DNA of 26,891 nucleotides from Bdellovibrionia bacterium (GTDB lineage Bacteria; Bdellovibrionota; UBA1018): NCBI GenBank assembly GCA_045805065.1, contig JBJMMA010000176.1, positions 1 to 26,891 of the forward strand, read 5' to 3'. Shown piece by piece: positions 24,969 to 26,891 of this stretch (position 1 is its first letter; each line of letters starts with the position of its first letter). The notes under the pieces were generated by a model. It saw only the letters and a program-made list of their open reading frames with translations, ran no database searches and was not told where the DNA came from. The position numbers and the translations under genes were made by a program.

Positions 24969-24990
24969 CTCACTCTATGCTCACTCTATG
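24969..24990. repeat. Perfect 11-bp tandem direct repeat
   Basis: CTCACTCTATG x2, intergenic. Confidence 0.8.
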
Positions 24991-25132
24991 GCAATCCCCG
25001 CGTCCTCGCTTTGCCCACTCATCTATCCGACCAAGTCTGAAAATCGCATCCTGCGGCGTTTTAGACAGGTTTTAGAGGCTTTTAGGGTTCGCTGAAGGCC
25101 CCCTCGCCGAAGGCGCCTACCCCTTCAAACCC

Positions 25133-25175
25133 TAAAAAGCAAAAAGGCGGTACCCCGAAGTGGGATACCGCCTTT
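25133..25175 (-). terminator. Rho-independent terminator of the rpoA-rplQ operon
   Basis: Minus strand AAAGGCGGTATCCCAC-TTCG-GGGTACCGCCTTTTTGCTTTTT. Confidence 0.88.
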
Positions 25176-25208
25176 CAAATGCTTTTAAGTCGTAAGACTA
25201 GCTAAAAA

Positions 25209-25802
25209 TCAGCTAGAGCTACCAGACTTGCTGCTTCCGCCGCCAGCCATGGTCTTACGAGCTGCGCCGCCCTTTTTAGGAGCCTTAGCTGCCTTAGGAG
25301 CTGCACCTGCTGCGCCCTTAGCCTTTGCCTTAGAAGCAAAGAGCTTACGGAAACGGCCGAACGGATCAGCTGCTTGAGCTTCTTGGCCTTCAGCTTTTGG
25401 AGCTGCGCCTTCAGCCTTTGGCTTACGCTTACGATCCAAAGCTGGATGATCGACGAGTTCAAGAACTGCCATTTCAGCAGCATCGCCCCAGCGGCGATCA
25501 GAAAGCTTCAGCACGCGGGTGTAACCACCAGCGCGGTTCTTGTAACGCTCAGCGAGGGTTGTGAACAACTTCGTGACGATTTCATTGTCACGGGTGCGAT
25601 CGAATGCAAGGCGACGAGAAGCTGGGCTACCCGACTTGCCAAGAGTGATCAAACGGTCCACCACACGGCGGACTTCTTTTGCCTTCTGAACAGTCGTAAT
25701 GACTTGTTCTTGCTCAATCACAGCATTTGCCATGTTCTTGAACATAGCTTTGCGATGAGAAGTGTTGCGTCCAAATTTACGACCGTCGACATTGTGTCTC
25801 AT
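25209..25802 (-). CDS. rplQ: 50S ribosomal protein L17 with a C-terminal Ala/Lys-rich extension
   Basis: [52 protein letters not shown]. Lies directly downstream of rpoA. Confidence 0.98.
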   Translation of the reverse strand: MRHNVDGRKFGRNTSHRKAMFKNMANAVIEQEQVITTVQKAKEVRRVVDRLITLGKSGSPASRRLAFDRTRDNEIVTKLFTTLAERYKNRAGGYTRVLKLSDRRWGDAAEMAVLELVDHPALDRKRKPKAEGAAPKAEGQEAQAADPFGRFRKLFASKAKAKGAAGAAPKAAKAPKKGGAARKTMAGGGSSKSGSSS

Positions 25803-25937
25803 AATTTACTCCAACTACCCAATCCTTTACCCGTTTACCCGAATCCTCTGCCGAGTCTTGTACCCGAATGGGGCTTCGAGAGGGGGTTAATCCGAGAGCC
25901 GGCTCTTCTTATCAAAAGAAGAGCCGGCCGTCAGTAA

Positions 25938-26891
25938 TTAATCTTCCAAGTCATCGGCTTCGTCGTCAAATTCCGACTTCGTCCGATCGTTCATGATACG
26001 GTTCTCATCGACATCCGAATCAGCTGGCTTCGGAGGCTGAGTAGGAGGCACGAAACCATCCAACTTCATTCCGAGGCTCAATCCCATTTCCGACAGAATG
26101 TCCTTAATTTCATTCAAGGACTTACGGCCGAAGTTCTTGGTCTTGAGCATTTCTGCTTCGGTCTTTTGAACCAATTCGTAGATGTACTTGATGTTCGCGT
26201 TCTGCAAGCAGTTCGCGGAACGAACAGAAAGCTCGAGTTCTTCAACCGAACGATAGAGGTTCGGATTGAATTGTGAGCCCGATTCTTCCTTAGCTTGAGC
26301 AACAGGTTCTGGCTCCTCTTCGAAGTTGAGGAACACAGAGAGCTGATCTTTCAGAATCTTGGATCCGAGAGAAACAGCATCTTCTGGTTGAACAGAACCG
26401 TCGGTCCAAACTTCAAGCGTGAGCTTATCGAAGTCCGTACGTTGACCAACACGGCTTTGCGTAACCGTGTAGTTCACGCGACGGATTGGGGAGAAGAAGC
26501 TATCCACTGGAATCCAGCCAACTGGCATATCGTCGGCCTTGTTGTTCTCAGCAGCGCGGTATCCGCGGCCACGAGCCACTTGGATTTCAGCACGAAGCTT
26601 TCCACCCTTGCCCAAAGTTGCGATGATTTGATCTGGATTCAGAACTTGCACGTGCTCAGACGCGATGATGTCCGAAGCCTTCACTTCGCAAGGACCGGTC
26701 TTGTCGATCACAACCGTTGCGCTTTCAGAATGAAGCTTGAAGCGAACTTCCTTGAGGTTGAGAATGATTTCAGCGACGTCTTCTTTCACGTCTGGCATCG
26801 GAGTGAACTCATGGACAACGCCGTCAATCTTCACTGCGGTGATCGCTGCACCTTGCAGAGAGGACAACAAAACGCGACGAAGCGAGTTTCC
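25938..26891 (-). CDS. rpoA: RNA polymerase alpha subunit (5' end outside the window)
   Basis: The frame is open to the window edge ([14 protein letters not shown]). [14 protein letters not shown], and alpha-[14 protein letters not shown]...[10 protein letters not shown]. Confidence 0.99.
   Translation of the reverse strand, partial: GNSLRRVLLSSLQGAAITAVKIDGVVHEFTPMPDVKEDVAEIILNLKEVRFKLHSESATVVIDKTGPCEVKASDIIASEHVQVLNPDQIIATLGKGGKLRAEIQVARGRGYRAAENNKADDMPVGWIPVDSFFSPIRRVNYTVTQSRVGQRTDFDKLTLEVWTDGSVQPEDAVSLGSKILKDQLSVFLNFEEEPEPVAQAKEESGSQFNPNLYRSVEELELSVRSANCLQNANIKYIYELVQKTEAEMLKTKNFGRKSLNEIKDILSEMGLSLGMKLDGFVPPTQPPKPADSDVDENRIMNDRTKSEFDDEADDLED

Noticed and set aside
25058..25085. GTTTTAGA / TTTTAG repeats resembling the start of type II CRISPR repeats
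   Set aside because: The units are only 6-8 bp at a ~11-bp period, with no spacers and no cas genes.
25374..25937. 187-aa plus-strand ORF and the 93-aa alternative-frame ORF at 25202..25483
   Set aside because: Both overlap rplQ (antisense or out of frame) and have no independent support.

Overview
A gene-dense bacterial chromosomal window. The gene content suggests a Bdellovibrionota/Oligoflexia-like predator; this is inference, not a database result. Housekeeping genes: a partial acyl-CoA carboxylase beta subunit at the left edge, nfi, a TamB/Omp85 pair, a PocR-type sigma-54 activator, a cysteine desulfurase, a TlpA-like thioredoxin, an HNH-ECF sigma-ZAS anti-sigma operon, rplQ and a partial rpoA at the right edge. 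The most striking element is a translationally coupled three-gene operon at 905-6872 (-) of signal-peptide proteins. Two of them are paralogues with a divergent class-II (CCA-adding/poly(A) polymerase-like) nucleotidyltransferase domain, a PARP-like ADP-ribosyltransferase-like domain and ~30-aa helical repeats. The third is a small possible GNAT/toxin-like protein. All three carry a C-[ILF]-x3-L-x3-L tag, and the operon lies behind a sigma-28-like promoter, so it is a candidate secreted effector system. No rRNA, tRNA, CRISPR array or transposase was seen.
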